Source: an uncultured virus (IMG/VR IMGVR_UViG_2654587763_000002) (taxonomy: Duplodnaviria; Heunggongvirae; Uroviricota; Caudoviricetes). From it: DNA of 50,930 bases. The notes beneath the pieces were generated by a model. It searched no databases and had not been told where the DNA came from. It saw only the letters and a program-made list of their open reading frames with translations. The stretch lies in the IMG/VR virus record IMGVR_UViG_2654587763_000002; one strand, written 5' to 3'. Position 1 is the first letter of the stretch. Each line of letters begins with the position of its first letter. This document shows, in pieces, positions 39,016-48,762 of the stretch. The translations under genes were made by a program, and so were the position numbers.

Positions 39016-39039
39016 AAAAAACCGCTTCGGCGGTTTTTT
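39016..39039 (+). terminator. Intrinsic terminator closing the moron
   Basis: AAAAACCGC-TTCG-GCGGTTTTTT. Confidence 0.85.
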
Positions 39040-39057
39040 CATTTCTGAGGATACCCC

Positions 39058-42000
39058 ATGGCCAGCAATGATACCGATATCCAGCTGCGGATCCGTGCCG
39101 CCGTTGAGGGGCTGGCCGAGATCAGCAAGCTCATCACCGAGGTGGATACCCTGGGTGGGGAGACCGAATCGAGCAGCGAACAGGTCAGCGGCTTGGGCGA
39201 TGAGCTGCAACGTCTCGGTGAACAGAACGCCACCCTGACCCAGTTCGCCAACCTCAAGCGCAGCACCGCCGATCTGGGGGAGGGGCTGGAGGATGCTCGC
39301 TCCCGGGCCACCGGCATGGGCAAAGCACTGGCGGATGCCAAGAAAGAACTGACGGCGTCCAATGCTGCCTACAGCACCAGTCGGCAGGAGACCGAGCGGC
39401 TGGCGAGCGCTCATGCGGAAGCCAAGGCCAAGGTGGATCTGCTGCGCCAGGCCAACAGTGAGGCAACCAGCGTCACCAAGGAGCAGCGCCAGGCGCTCAA
39501 GGATGCGCGGGATCAGGTTCGTCTGCTGGGGGACCAGTACAAAGAGAGCGCGGGGCAAACCAATGCCCTCAAGAACGGATTGGATGCCAGCGAGAAGGCG
39601 CTGCGTCAGCAAGCTCGGGAGTTCAACGCTGCTCGCCGGGAAGTGCAATCCCTCGATAGTCAGTATCAGCGGCAGAACAGCACGCTCAATGGGCTGCGCC
39701 GCGCCCTGACCGAAGCAGGGGTCGACACCCGCAAGCTGGCCAGCGAGCAGAAGCGGATTGAAACGGCCAGCCAACAGGCCGGAACCCAGGTGGCTTATCT
39801 GAAAAGCCAGCTTGCAGGACAGGCAGGGCAATTGCGTTCCAATGCCGCCGGGATGGAGGCATACAGCAAGAAAGCCAAGCAGGCGGAGCAGAACACCGAA
39901 CAGCTGCATGAAGCGGTTCAGAGTGGCGAGCAAGGATGGGCAGCTCTGGCGGGCAAGATCACCGGCGTTGCAGCAGCCTTTCTCAGTTTTGATCAACTGG
40001 CTGCCCGCACTACCGGGATGGTCAGAACAGCGGATGAGATTGAGCGCCTTGGCGTCTCGCTCAAGAGCGTGGAAGGGAGTGCCGCCGGCGGTGAAAAGGC
40101 ACTGGCCTGGTTACGGGAGTTCAACGAGAAGACCCCGTTCCAACTCAACGAGATTACCACTGCCTTTATCAAGGCCAAGAACTTCGGATTGGATCCCTAT
40201 AACGGGGTGCTGCAGGCCACGGCTAACTACACCGCCAAGACGGCCGGCACCTATCAGGATCTTGAAGGGATCATCACCGCCCTCGGGCAAGCCTATGTCA
40301 AAGGCAAGCTGCAAGCCGAGGAGATGAACCAGCTCAATGAGCGCTCGGTGGCAGCGGCCAAACTGCTGGCGAAAGCCATGGGCAAGACCACTGACGAGAT
40401 CATCGCCATGGCCACGGCAGGCAAGCTGGGTCGAAACGAGATCGAGTTGCTGATCAAGGCGATGGGTGAGGATGCGGCCGGTGCGTCGGAGGAGATGGCG
40501 CAGACTTTCAGTGGGATATGGTCGAACTTTCTCGAGCAGCTCAACCAGGTCGAGCTGGCCGTGGCCGATGCAGGCATCTTTGCCTTCATCAAATCCGAGT
40601 TGGCAGAGGTCACTGCCCAGATCAAAGCCGCGGCGGCAGATGGCAGTCTGGCAACCTGGGCGCAAGGTGTGTCCGATGGCATGAGATCTGGTGCCATCGC
40701 CATTCGTGGGATCACCGAAACCCTTGTCGAGATGAGAGACGGGATCGGACTGGTGGTGAAGGTCTGGGGCACCATGAAGGTGATCCAGTGGAGCTCCCAA
40801 TTGCTCGGCTTCGGGCAGGCGATGAAAACCGGGGTGGTCCAGCCGACAGCAGAAGCCGGCAAAGAGCTCGACAAGACGACCAAGAAAGCGGTCAAGCTCA
40901 ATGGGGTGCTGGGGGCGCTTACCCTGGGTAATGGTGCCGTTGCGGCTGGCCTCTCTGTTCTTGTCTACGAGGGTGGAAAAGGGCTGGCCAAGCTGGCCGA
41001 AGACGCCGGGGTCTGGGCGGCCAAGATGGGCGAGGCTGGGGAGGTTGAGCAGCGAGTGGCCGAGCAGTCTCGCGCCTTCTTCGCCCAACTGCAGCGACAG
41101 GGCATGACCACCATGGCGCAGTTTGACGAGTTCAAGAATGTGCAGATCCTCACTGCACAGGAGGTCGCCAACCTCTCTGCCGTCGAGCGGGCAGCCTACG
41201 AGCAGCGGCTCAAAGGCCATCGCGAGTACCTGACGGGCCAGTTGCAGGTGCAAAAGGCGCTTGAAGCCTCCGGGCTCAAGGCAGAGTCCATGCAGTATCA
41301 GGCCGATGCTGCACTGGCCAGCATGCGACAGGGATTTCTCGATCTGGCGGCTGGCGCCGACATGGCTGGCCAGGCCATTGACGCCAAGACTCGGCCAGCC
41401 GTGCTGAAGCTGGTGGCCGACTTTGACTTGCTCAAGGCAAAAGGGAAGGAAACGGCTACCGGGATCAGCGAGATGTTCAAGGGGCTGCAATTGGGGGATC
41501 CCACCTCCCTGCAGAACATTACCCTGGCGCTCGAGTCGCTGCGTGAGCAGGGCAAGGTCACCCAGACCGAGATTGATGCGGGGCTGCGCAAGAGTCTGCA
41601 GGACATGAGCCTACAGGATCTCGAGGTACTGAAGGCCCAGTCAATGGCGGCTTTTGACACCATGAAGAATGGTGCCATCAGCACGGCCCAGATCACCGAG
41701 TCGGTGCTGTCAGAAAAGCTGCGCCGCTTGGGCGTGGATTATCAAGCGCTCCATACCGGAATTGATGCCGTAGGCCGCCAGACCATCGACACCTTCCGCG
41801 CTGTTGCTACCGATGTGAATGCCACCTCGCAAGACATTGCCGCCGCCATGAAGGCGGCCGTCAACAAGGCAGACACGGTGCAAGAGCTGGAGGAGCTGAG
41901 AGAGGTCTGGTTATCGGTAGGGCAGGCGGGAAAGGTCTCTGCACAGGAGCAAGGACGCGGGCTTACCTATCTGGATGATCATATCCGCCAAACCAAAGCG

Positions 42001-42633
42001 AAAGCAGCAGAGATTGGTGATGGCTTCAACACCGCGGCGGATAAGTCGAAGAAGGCCACCGACACCATGAGGGAGAACCTCAAAGGGGTGCAAGAAGAGG
42101 CCAAAAAGACCAAAGCCGATGTGGAAGACGCCATCAGCAGTACGAGTGGTGGCAGCTCTGCCCTGTCGGGGGCGGGGCGAGGGGATGTGACTCGCACGGT
42201 TGGTGCTGGCTCCTTCTTCTACAAAACGGTGGATATCAACCAGCTCCGCGGCAACGCCGATGCCCTGGCCAACACCCTAGCCGGAGTGGAGGACGAGCTG
42301 GCCCGCTACAGCCAGAAGGTCAGGGACATCCCCGCCTACAGCGAGTGGAGCAAGTGGTACGCAGAGAAATTCCAGAAGGAGATGGAGGCCATGCGTGCCC
42401 AGCTCCAGAAGGAGTTGAATAAGGCGCAGCAGAAGGAAGCGGAGAAAGCGACGACTCAGCCGACTGTAGGGACCACGCAGCCACAACAACAGAGTGCACC
42501 GACGCCATCAGGCAGTAATAAAACGGTCACCATCTATCTCAAATCCGACACTCACAGCGCAGAACTCCAGTCCGATGAGGAAAACCTGGATGCGTTGCTG
42601 CGTCTGTTGAAACAGCAAGGACTCAGAAGCTGA
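39058..42633 (+). CDS. Tail tape measure protein
   Basis: 1191 aa helical; KTPFQL...ALGQAYVKGKLQAEEMNQLNER tape-measure domain. Confidence 0.93.
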   Translation: MASNDTDIQLRIRAAVEGLAEISKLITEVDTLGGETESSSEQVSGLGDELQRLGEQNATLTQFANLKRSTADLGEGLEDARSRATGMGKALADAKKELTASNAAYSTSRQETERLASAHAEAKAKVDLLRQANSEATSVTKEQRQALKDARDQVRLLGDQYKESAGQTNALKNGLDASEKALRQQAREFNAARREVQSLDSQYQRQNSTLNGLRRALTEAGVDTRKLASEQKRIETASQQAGTQVAYLKSQLAGQAGQLRSNAAGMEAYSKKAKQAEQNTEQLHEAVQSGEQGWAALAGKITGVAAAFLSFDQLAARTTGMVRTADEIERLGVSLKSVEGSAAGGEKALAWLREFNEKTPFQLNEITTAFIKAKNFGLDPYNGVLQATANYTAKTAGTYQDLEGIITALGQAYVKGKLQAEEMNQLNERSVAAAKLLAKAMGKTTDEIIAMATAGKLGRNEIELLIKAMGEDAAGASEEMAQTFSGIWSNFLEQLNQVELAVADAGIFAFIKSELAEVTAQIKAAAADGSLATWAQGVSDGMRSGAIAIRGITETLVEMRDGIGLVVKVWGTMKVIQWSSQLLGFGQAMKTGVVQPTAEAGKELDKTTKKAVKLNGVLGALTLGNGAVAAGLSVLVYEGGKGLAKLAEDAGVWAAKMGEAGEVEQRVAEQSRAFFAQLQRQGMTTMAQFDEFKNVQILTAQEVANLSAVERAAYEQRLKGHREYLTGQLQVQKALEASGLKAESMQYQADAALASMRQGFLDLAAGADMAGQAIDAKTRPAVLKLVADFDLLKAKGKETATGISEMFKGLQLGDPTSLQNITLALESLREQGKVTQTEIDAGLRKSLQDMSLQDLEVLKAQSMAAFDTMKNGAISTAQITESVLSEKLRRLGVDYQALHTGIDAVGRQTIDTFRAVATDVNATSQDIAAAMKAAVNKADTVQELEELREVWLSVGQAGKVSAQEQGRGLTYLDDHIRQTKAKAAEIGDGFNTAADKSKKATDTMRENLKGVQEEAKKTKADVEDAISSTSGGSSALSGAGRGDVTRTVGAGSFFYKTVDINQLRGNADALANTLAGVEDELARYSQKVRDIPAYSEWSKWYAEKFQKEMEAMRAQLQKELNKAQQKEAEKATTQPTVGTTQPQQQSAPTPSGSNKTVTIYLKSDTHSAELQSDEENLDALLRLLKQQGLRS

Positions 42634-43016
42634 TGATCACATTAGCGGGTATCGAATTGCCAGATGACCTGGATTGGGAAGATGAGTTCGCGTGGGAGCC
42701 TGTTGGACAGGTCATAACCCCAACGCTTTCAGGGGCCATCATCGTCGAAGAGTCCGTCCAATCCGAGGGGCGCCCCATCACTCTTCGCTCTGATGGTGAG
42801 GCATGGGTAAGGCGTTCGACCGTGTTGGCATTGCAGTCATTGGCTGCGGCCCCGTCTACTCGGATGCAGCTCTTCCTCAACGGGCGCATCTTCACCGTCA
42901 TATGGCGTCGAGAAAACAGCGGTGGGCTGGAGGCAAAGCAACTCTACCGGATCGCGGATCCGGATGCCCAGACCCCTTATGAAATCACCCTTCGCCTTCT
43001 TGAGGTAACCCCATGA
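42633..43016 (+). CDS. Distal tail-type protein
   Basis: LPDDLDWEDEFAW...TLSGAIIV...GRPITL; follows TMP. Confidence 0.7.
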   Translation: MITLAGIELPDDLDWEDEFAWEPVGQVITPTLSGAIIVEESVQSEGRPITLRSDGEAWVRRSTVLALQSLAAAPSTRMQLFLNGRIFTVIWRRENSGGLEAKQLYRIADPDAQTPYEITLRLLEVTP

Positions 43017-46000
43017 CCATTCATTCCGGCGACATCAAACTGATGGCCAGTCAGCGGTTGACTGACACCACGGACGGCGGCGGCCGCATCACCGGTCAGG
43101 AGATCGTGAGCGGCGAGCACAATGGCCTGTTTCAGGACATCAGCGATCTCGACCGCACTTATGGGGTGGTCAGCATGCGCAAGGCGTTTCTGGCGGTGCA
43201 GACGGATGACACGGACACCTATCGGGGTGCCCATATCATCGTGCAGGTGCCCCCGGCTGACCCGAACGTGGGGCTATGCCTCATCAACACCCGGGATCAT
43301 CACGACACCCGCGCCAATGCCCGCGACGTGCTGGAGCGCTATCTGGCCCGTGGTCCCAAGTGGCGCGGCTTCCTGTACGACACCCAGCTCGAAGGCCAGC
43401 GGGCGATCCGCTTCTTCCAGCGCGTCGAAGTGCGCCTGCCGGAAGTGGGGGAGACCCTGGTGCTGGTCGGCAACGAGGGCAAGGCAGGGGAGTTCGAGCA
43501 GTATGTGCGGGTGCTGGAAGTCACCCAGCAGCTTGCCAAGTTCCAGGTGCCAGGAGTGCCCGAGTTCACCCGCAACGTGGTGACCTGCAAGCTGGCTGAC
43601 CCGCTGCGCTACACCTTCGAGGGGGAGCAGCCGACCCCCTACGATGTGGTGACCAACGTCAAAACCGCCCTGCGGGAAACCGTGGTGGCCGATGCCGCCA
43701 ACTACTTCGCCACCACCAAGCTGGCGGAGGCGGTGAACCTGGGCGCCATGCAGGTGCGGGCCAAGACGATCTTTACCCAGATCGTGCCGTCTGCCCGCAC
43801 CGAGACCCCAGCGGTGGATCTGACAGCGGCTGGCGAAATGGCCAGCCTGGTGGATTCGGGCAAGGGCCTGGTCAGCTTTTCGACCGTGGTCAGCATTGCC
43901 CCCAGCCGGGGCCTGTTCCTCGGCACGGGCGTGAAACCCGGCACCCTGACCATCACCATCGGTGCGGCCGTCATCATCGACAAGGGGGGCGAGCTGGTTG
44001 TGGCCGGGTCCGTGGTGGGTGCTATCGACTATGGCCGTGGTCAGCTGGAGTTCAACGCCCAGTGCCCGAACTACGGGGCCGCCAGCAAAACCATCAGCTT
44101 CTGGCCAGCGTCTCGCCCGTCCCGTATCGCTGACACGGCCAGGATCGACATCAAGGCCAACAATCGGGGCTATGCCTACACCATCACCCTGCTGCCGACT
44201 CCGGCACCGGGCACCCTCACGGTGTCGTTTATGGCGCAGGGGAAATGGTACGACTTGAAGGACAACGGGCGCGGCGAGCTGTTCGGCGCGGATCGCTCGT
44301 TCGGCACCGGGATCGTCAACCTGGCCACCGGGTCGGTCATGCTGACCCTGGGGGCCCTGCCGGACGTGGACACCGCAATCCTGTTCAGCTGGGCGACCCC
44401 GGTCAACTACACCAACCGCAGCAACCAGCCCATCAGCATCAGCAAGTCGGCATGGCAACTGCCCCACACCGGGATCACCCCCAAGAGCGTGATCCTGACC
44501 TGGGGCAGCGGCCAAACGGCCAACGATGCGGTGGGGGATGGGAGCCTGCGCGGCGACATCACCGGCACCATCAACTATGCCGAGGGGGTGATCATCCTCG
44601 ATCACATCACCCTGCCGGCGCTGGGCCAGGAGTACATCGCCCAGTACCAGTACGGTGAGCCGGTGGCCGAGCGCCACGTTGAACCGGGGCGCCTGAGTAC
44701 CCCCGGCCAGGTGGGGCACCTCTCCATCACCCTGGACGGGGCAGGGGGCGGGGCCACCAACCTGACCCCCGGGTCGGTGCATGTCAAATTCAACGCGCTC
44801 TATCACAAGTTCGATGTGGACGATCAGGAGCTGGTGATCCAGACCCGCGACCCGGTGATCACCCTGCTGGATGACGGCCAGGGCAACCTCAAGGACGCCA
44901 GCGGCAACACCCTGGGGGCCATTAACTACGCCGCCGGCACCCTGCATTTCATGCCGGATGGCAGTGCCCCCTTGCCCAAGCCGACCTATGCCTGGGTGAC
45001 CGTGGGCACCAAATGGGTGGGCAACAACCAGGTGGCGGTGCAGCGCTGGACCATGACCGGCATCGAGTACCACAACACGGCGTACACCTTCCCCGATGGC
45101 GAGGGGGGCTGGGTCGAGGTGACCTACCGCAACAACAACAGTGCCCTGGCGCAAAACGCCACCCTGACCGCCCAGGCGCTGCGCATTGATGTCACCCCCG
45201 GGTTTGCGGAGGCCATTCTGGAAGGGTCGCTGCGCTTCACCCTGGGGGGGGCGGTCTATGTAGACCGCCAAGGCTTGCTCTACCGCAACCCGGACCCGGA
45301 GACGGGATCCGGTATCCAGGCAGGGACCATCGACTACTCGAACGGGTTGGCGGTGCTGTCTGACTGGGCGGCCGGGCAGACGGCGCAGCCGTCGCTGCAG
45401 TCCCTGGCCACCTCGTTCAGTGCCCAGTCGGTGGATGAGGTGACCTTCCGCACCCCGGGGGCGCCGGTGGCGCCGGGTAGCCTCTACATCAGCGCCAACA
45501 CCGCGAGTGGGCGGCGCATCGAGGCCACGGCGGACGGGGACGGCTATTTCACCACCACCGACATGGATGGCCGGGTGAACTACCAGACCGGGGTGGTGAC
45601 GGTGCGCTTTGGTCGGTTCGTCACCGCTGCGGGCAACGAAAACCAGCCCTGGTATGACATTGACCAGGTGGGGCTGGACGGCAAGATCTGGCGGCCCATC
45701 AGCGTGGTGGCCGACACCATCCTGTTTAACTGTGTGGTGTTCAGCTATCTGCCCCTCGATGCCGACATCATCGGGCTGGATCCGGTGCGCCTGCCGTCCG
45801 ATGGCAGGGTGCCCTTCATCCGCAAGGGGACCACGGTGGTGGTTCACAGCACCCGCAAGTCGGCGTTCCCGCTGGGGGTCAGTGCAGGGCAGCAGCTCAG
45901 CACCGGCCGCACCCGCCTGGCGCATGCCCATGTGGAGGACAAGAACGGCAAAGCGCTGGCGACCACCCTCTACAGCGTCAACCTGGATAGCGGCGTGGTG

Positions 46001-46630
46001 ACGCTCGGCACCCCATTAGACCTGACCGGCTATGTCGAACCCCTCTATGCCGTGCATCGCATCGAGGACATGAGCCTGGTCAGCGACGTGGAGATCTCGG
46101 GCCGCCTGCTGCTGACCAAGGCGCTGTCCCATGCCTATGACCCGGCAGATACCTATGTCTCCAGCGCCCTCATCATCGGCGACCTGTGGGCCAGGTATAC
46201 CAACCTGTTCGATCAGAAGGCGTGGACCAATGTCTGGTCTGATTTCCTCATCGGCGACCAGTCAACGGCGCAATACAACGACACGGTTTACCCGCTCCTG
46301 GTCACCAACCGGGGCGCCCTGCAGGAGCGCTGGGCGGTGATATTCACCTCCAGCACCAACTTTGTGCTGGTTGGGGAGCATGTGGGCCAGATCGCGGTGG
46401 GGGACGTGAACACCGACCTGGCGCCCATCAACCCCAACAACGGCCAGCCCTATTTCCGGCTGGACGCGAGGGGCTGGGGGGCAGGATGGGCTAGTGGCAA
46501 CGTGCTGCGTTTCACCACCGAGGCAGCCGGCGCCCCCTTCTGGCCGATCCGTACCGTGTTGCAGTCGGTGGCGTCACAGGATACCGACAAGTTCGAGCTG
46601 GCCCTGCGCGGCAACATCAACACCCCATAA
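43013..46630 (+). CDS. Large tail tip/structural protein
   Basis: 1205 aa beta-rich with recurring G(T/A)I(D/N)Y..G motifs. Confidence 0.75.
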   Translation: MTIHSGDIKLMASQRLTDTTDGGGRITGQEIVSGEHNGLFQDISDLDRTYGVVSMRKAFLAVQTDDTDTYRGAHIIVQVPPADPNVGLCLINTRDHHDTRANARDVLERYLARGPKWRGFLYDTQLEGQRAIRFFQRVEVRLPEVGETLVLVGNEGKAGEFEQYVRVLEVTQQLAKFQVPGVPEFTRNVVTCKLADPLRYTFEGEQPTPYDVVTNVKTALRETVVADAANYFATTKLAEAVNLGAMQVRAKTIFTQIVPSARTETPAVDLTAAGEMASLVDSGKGLVSFSTVVSIAPSRGLFLGTGVKPGTLTITIGAAVIIDKGGELVVAGSVVGAIDYGRGQLEFNAQCPNYGAASKTISFWPASRPSRIADTARIDIKANNRGYAYTITLLPTPAPGTLTVSFMAQGKWYDLKDNGRGELFGADRSFGTGIVNLATGSVMLTLGALPDVDTAILFSWATPVNYTNRSNQPISISKSAWQLPHTGITPKSVILTWGSGQTANDAVGDGSLRGDITGTINYAEGVIILDHITLPALGQEYIAQYQYGEPVAERHVEPGRLSTPGQVGHLSITLDGAGGGATNLTPGSVHVKFNALYHKFDVDDQELVIQTRDPVITLLDDGQGNLKDASGNTLGAINYAAGTLHFMPDGSAPLPKPTYAWVTVGTKWVGNNQVAVQRWTMTGIEYHNTAYTFPDGEGGWVEVTYRNNNSALAQNATLTAQALRIDVTPGFAEAILEGSLRFTLGGAVYVDRQGLLYRNPDPETGSGIQAGTIDYSNGLAVLSDWAAGQTAQPSLQSLATSFSAQSVDEVTFRTPGAPVAPGSLYISANTASGRRIEATADGDGYFTTTDMDGRVNYQTGVVTVRFGRFVTAAGNENQPWYDIDQVGLDGKIWRPISVVADTILFNCVVFSYLPLDADIIGLDPVRLPSDGRVPFIRKGTTVVVHSTRKSAFPLGVSAGQQLSTGRTRLAHAHVEDKNGKALATTLYSVNLDSGVVTLGTPLDLTGYVEPLYAVHRIEDMSLVSDVEISGRLLLTKALSHAYDPADTYVSSALIIGDLWARYTNLFDQKAWTNVWSDFLIGDQSTAQYNDTVYPLLVTNRGALQERWAVIFTSSTNFVLVGEHVGQIAVGDVNTDLAPINPNNGQPYFRLDARGWGAGWASGNVLRFTTEAAGAPFWPIRTVLQSVASQDTDKFELALRGNINTP

Positions 46631-46677
46631 GGGACCAACCAGGTGGGGCAATCTGCCCCACTCCATAGGAGATCATC

Positions 46678-47874
46678 ATGGCGTTTCCGGTGAAATGGTA
46701 CAGCAATGCAATGCAGGGGGCCCCGAGTCTGGGGGATACCGCTCCCGGCGCCTTGGCCGCTCTGCTCAAGGCGTGTCTCATCACGGGGTTTGGCAATCTG
46801 ACGGTCAGCAGCCTGGCATGGGATGCCGCCATGGGGTGCGCGGTGGCCACCATCGACAGCGGGCACAGCTACCTGCCTGAATCGGTGATCGCTATCAGTG
46901 GCGCCAGCCCGGCCGCCTACAACGGCGAGCACCGGGTCAAACAGGTGAATGCGACCAAGGTGTGGTTTGAGCTGGACGGCGGCAACCCGGGCAGCAGCGC
47001 CACCGGCACCATCAGCATCAAGATCCCGGGGTTGGGATGGACGCTGCTGGCGGAAAGCGCTGATGGACAGACCATGATCATCCGCAGCCCGGAGTCGGTG
47101 GATCAGTACCCGGTGTGCTACCACATCGACAACACGGCATTCAGCGGGTGGACAAATGGCACCCTCAACTACTATTTTGCCAAAGTCAGCATGGTGGAGG
47201 ATGTGCAGGATCTGACGACCTACACCCAAATCAGTATGCAGGCTTGGCCGGCTACCAAACGTTACTCTGATGGTCGCTGGGATTTTATCGGGGATAACCT
47301 GTTTTTTTATTTTATCCCTGCGTTCACGGCGAGAAACGGCCGTGCTTGCCTCCCTGCGGGGTATATCAATTCGGTCAGACCGGGGGATCGCTATCACGCG
47401 GTGCTTGGGGGGATCCCGAATGCCATCGGTGCCACCAGTGGTATGAGTTGGTCGATTCCTGCGAATTACGCCCCCTGTAACGCCTTTAATGACTTCCTCA
47501 CTCATGGTGCAACGGGTCAGCGCACCCTGGCCAGGCCGCATAGCCAGCTTTTTGGCGCCATGAGCTGGCAAACTCTGGGTATCTTCTCAAGGATGGGGAG
47601 TGGCTTTGCTGTGCCCAACCCCGCCGACAACGGTTTTTATCTGGCCAAGGAACCCACCATGGTGTTGGAAAACGGCAATACCCTGCGCGGTTCATTGCCT
47701 GGGCTCATCAACCCCTACGGCGACATTTCCGACTACGACAGCAAGACGTTCAGCTCGCTGCCGTTGCTGGGAGGGAAAGGGGTGCGCTTTATCCGGGCCA
47801 GTTATAACGCCAATATCAACACCTCATTCCTCGCCACCTTGGTGGGGTTTGATATTACCGGTCCCTGGAGGTAG
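46678..47874 (+). CDS. Putative tail fibre/receptor-binding protein
   Basis: 398 aa, strong RBS; composition shifts in the 3' half. Confidence 0.6.
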   Translation: MAFPVKWYSNAMQGAPSLGDTAPGALAALLKACLITGFGNLTVSSLAWDAAMGCAVATIDSGHSYLPESVIAISGASPAAYNGEHRVKQVNATKVWFELDGGNPGSSATGTISIKIPGLGWTLLAESADGQTMIIRSPESVDQYPVCYHIDNTAFSGWTNGTLNYYFAKVSMVEDVQDLTTYTQISMQAWPATKRYSDGRWDFIGDNLFFYFIPAFTARNGRACLPAGYINSVRPGDRYHAVLGGIPNAIGATSGMSWSIPANYAPCNAFNDFLTHGATGQRTLARPHSQLFGAMSWQTLGIFSRMGSGFAVPNPADNGFYLAKEPTMVLENGNTLRGSLPGLINPYGDISDYDSKTFSSLPLLGGKGVRFIRASYNANINTSFLATLVGFDITGPWR

Positions 47875-47876
47875 CG

Positions 47877-48329
47877 ATGGACCCGCTCTATCCGTTCGCT
47901 GTCATTGGTCCTGGGCTGGTGTGGGGCAATCAGGAAACCCCGACCGAGGCATTTCCCCTGCTTGAAACTCGGCATCTGCCGCTGACCTGCCAACCTGGTC
48001 TGGGGGCTTACGATGCCTTGATGATGGTGACACAATATGGCCGTTCCCGCGCCATGGGCTACATCGAGAGCACCGTCACCATCAACGGTGAAGGGGTCGC
48101 TCGCCGTGTGCTCTGCTTCACCCAGTCGGGGGATCTGATCGCCGAAACCATGAGCCGGGAAGGAGATGGCAAATATCGGTTCGACAGTCTTTGGCTGGCC
48201 CAACGTTACATGCTGGTCGCCCAGGACGATCCGGCGTTCGGCCCGGCCGATTACAACGCCGTGGCGGCCGACTACCAGCTCCCCACCCCCTACGCCCCCG
48301 GTGAGGGGGTCGGCCTGTCAGGAGGTTGA
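47877..48329 (+). CDS. Tail-associated protein (Ig/CarboxypepD-like fold possible)
   Basis: VTINGEGVARRV...DGKYRF...YNAVAAD. Confidence 0.6.
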   Translation: MDPLYPFAVIGPGLVWGNQETPTEAFPLLETRHLPLTCQPGLGAYDALMMVTQYGRSRAMGYIESTVTINGEGVARRVLCFTQSGDLIAETMSREGDGKYRFDSLWLAQRYMLVAQDDPAFGPADYNAVAADYQLPTPYAPGEGVGLSGG

Positions 48330-48330
48330 T

Positions 48331-48735
48331 ATGTTCACCTACTCCGATACGTTGCGCACCGCTCGCGCCGATCTGCTGGCCACGGCCATCGACTCAGGCA
48401 GTGCGGGGCCGGCGACCCTCACCATTTACACCGGGCCACGGCCCGCCCCGGGGGCCGCCGTCACCAGTCAGGTGCTGCTGGTCACCATGCAGTTTACCCA
48501 CCCCTGCGCCCAGAGCGTGACGGGCGGGGTGCTGACCCTCAAGCCGCTTGCCGAGAAGATGGTCACCGGCAACGGAGTCCAGGCGTGGGGGCGGTTGGCC
48601 AACCGCGATGGGGTCTTTATCGCAGACCTGGATGTGGGGCCACCGGGCAGCGGGGCCGACATCGAGATCCCGGCCAACGAGCTGTATGCGGGCGCCTTGG
48701 TGCGCATCAACAATGCCACCTTCACCGAACCCTAA
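48331..48735 (+). CDS. Tail-associated structural protein
   Basis: LTIYTGPRP...AWGRL...DLDVG; RBS GGAGG. Confidence 0.65.
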   Translation: MFTYSDTLRTARADLLATAIDSGSAGPATLTIYTGPRPAPGAAVTSQVLLVTMQFTHPCAQSVTGGVLTLKPLAEKMVTGNGVQAWGRLANRDGVFIADLDVGPPGSGADIEIPANELYAGALVRINNATFTEP

Positions 48736-48762
48736 CCGCTCTGCGTGAGCCAAGAGGTCAGC

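Noticed and set aside
43274..45931. 885-aa minus-strand ORF (likewise 48394-49956, 40111-41490, 34187-35215)
   Set aside because: Shadow frames opposite well-supported structural genes; no recognisable motifs
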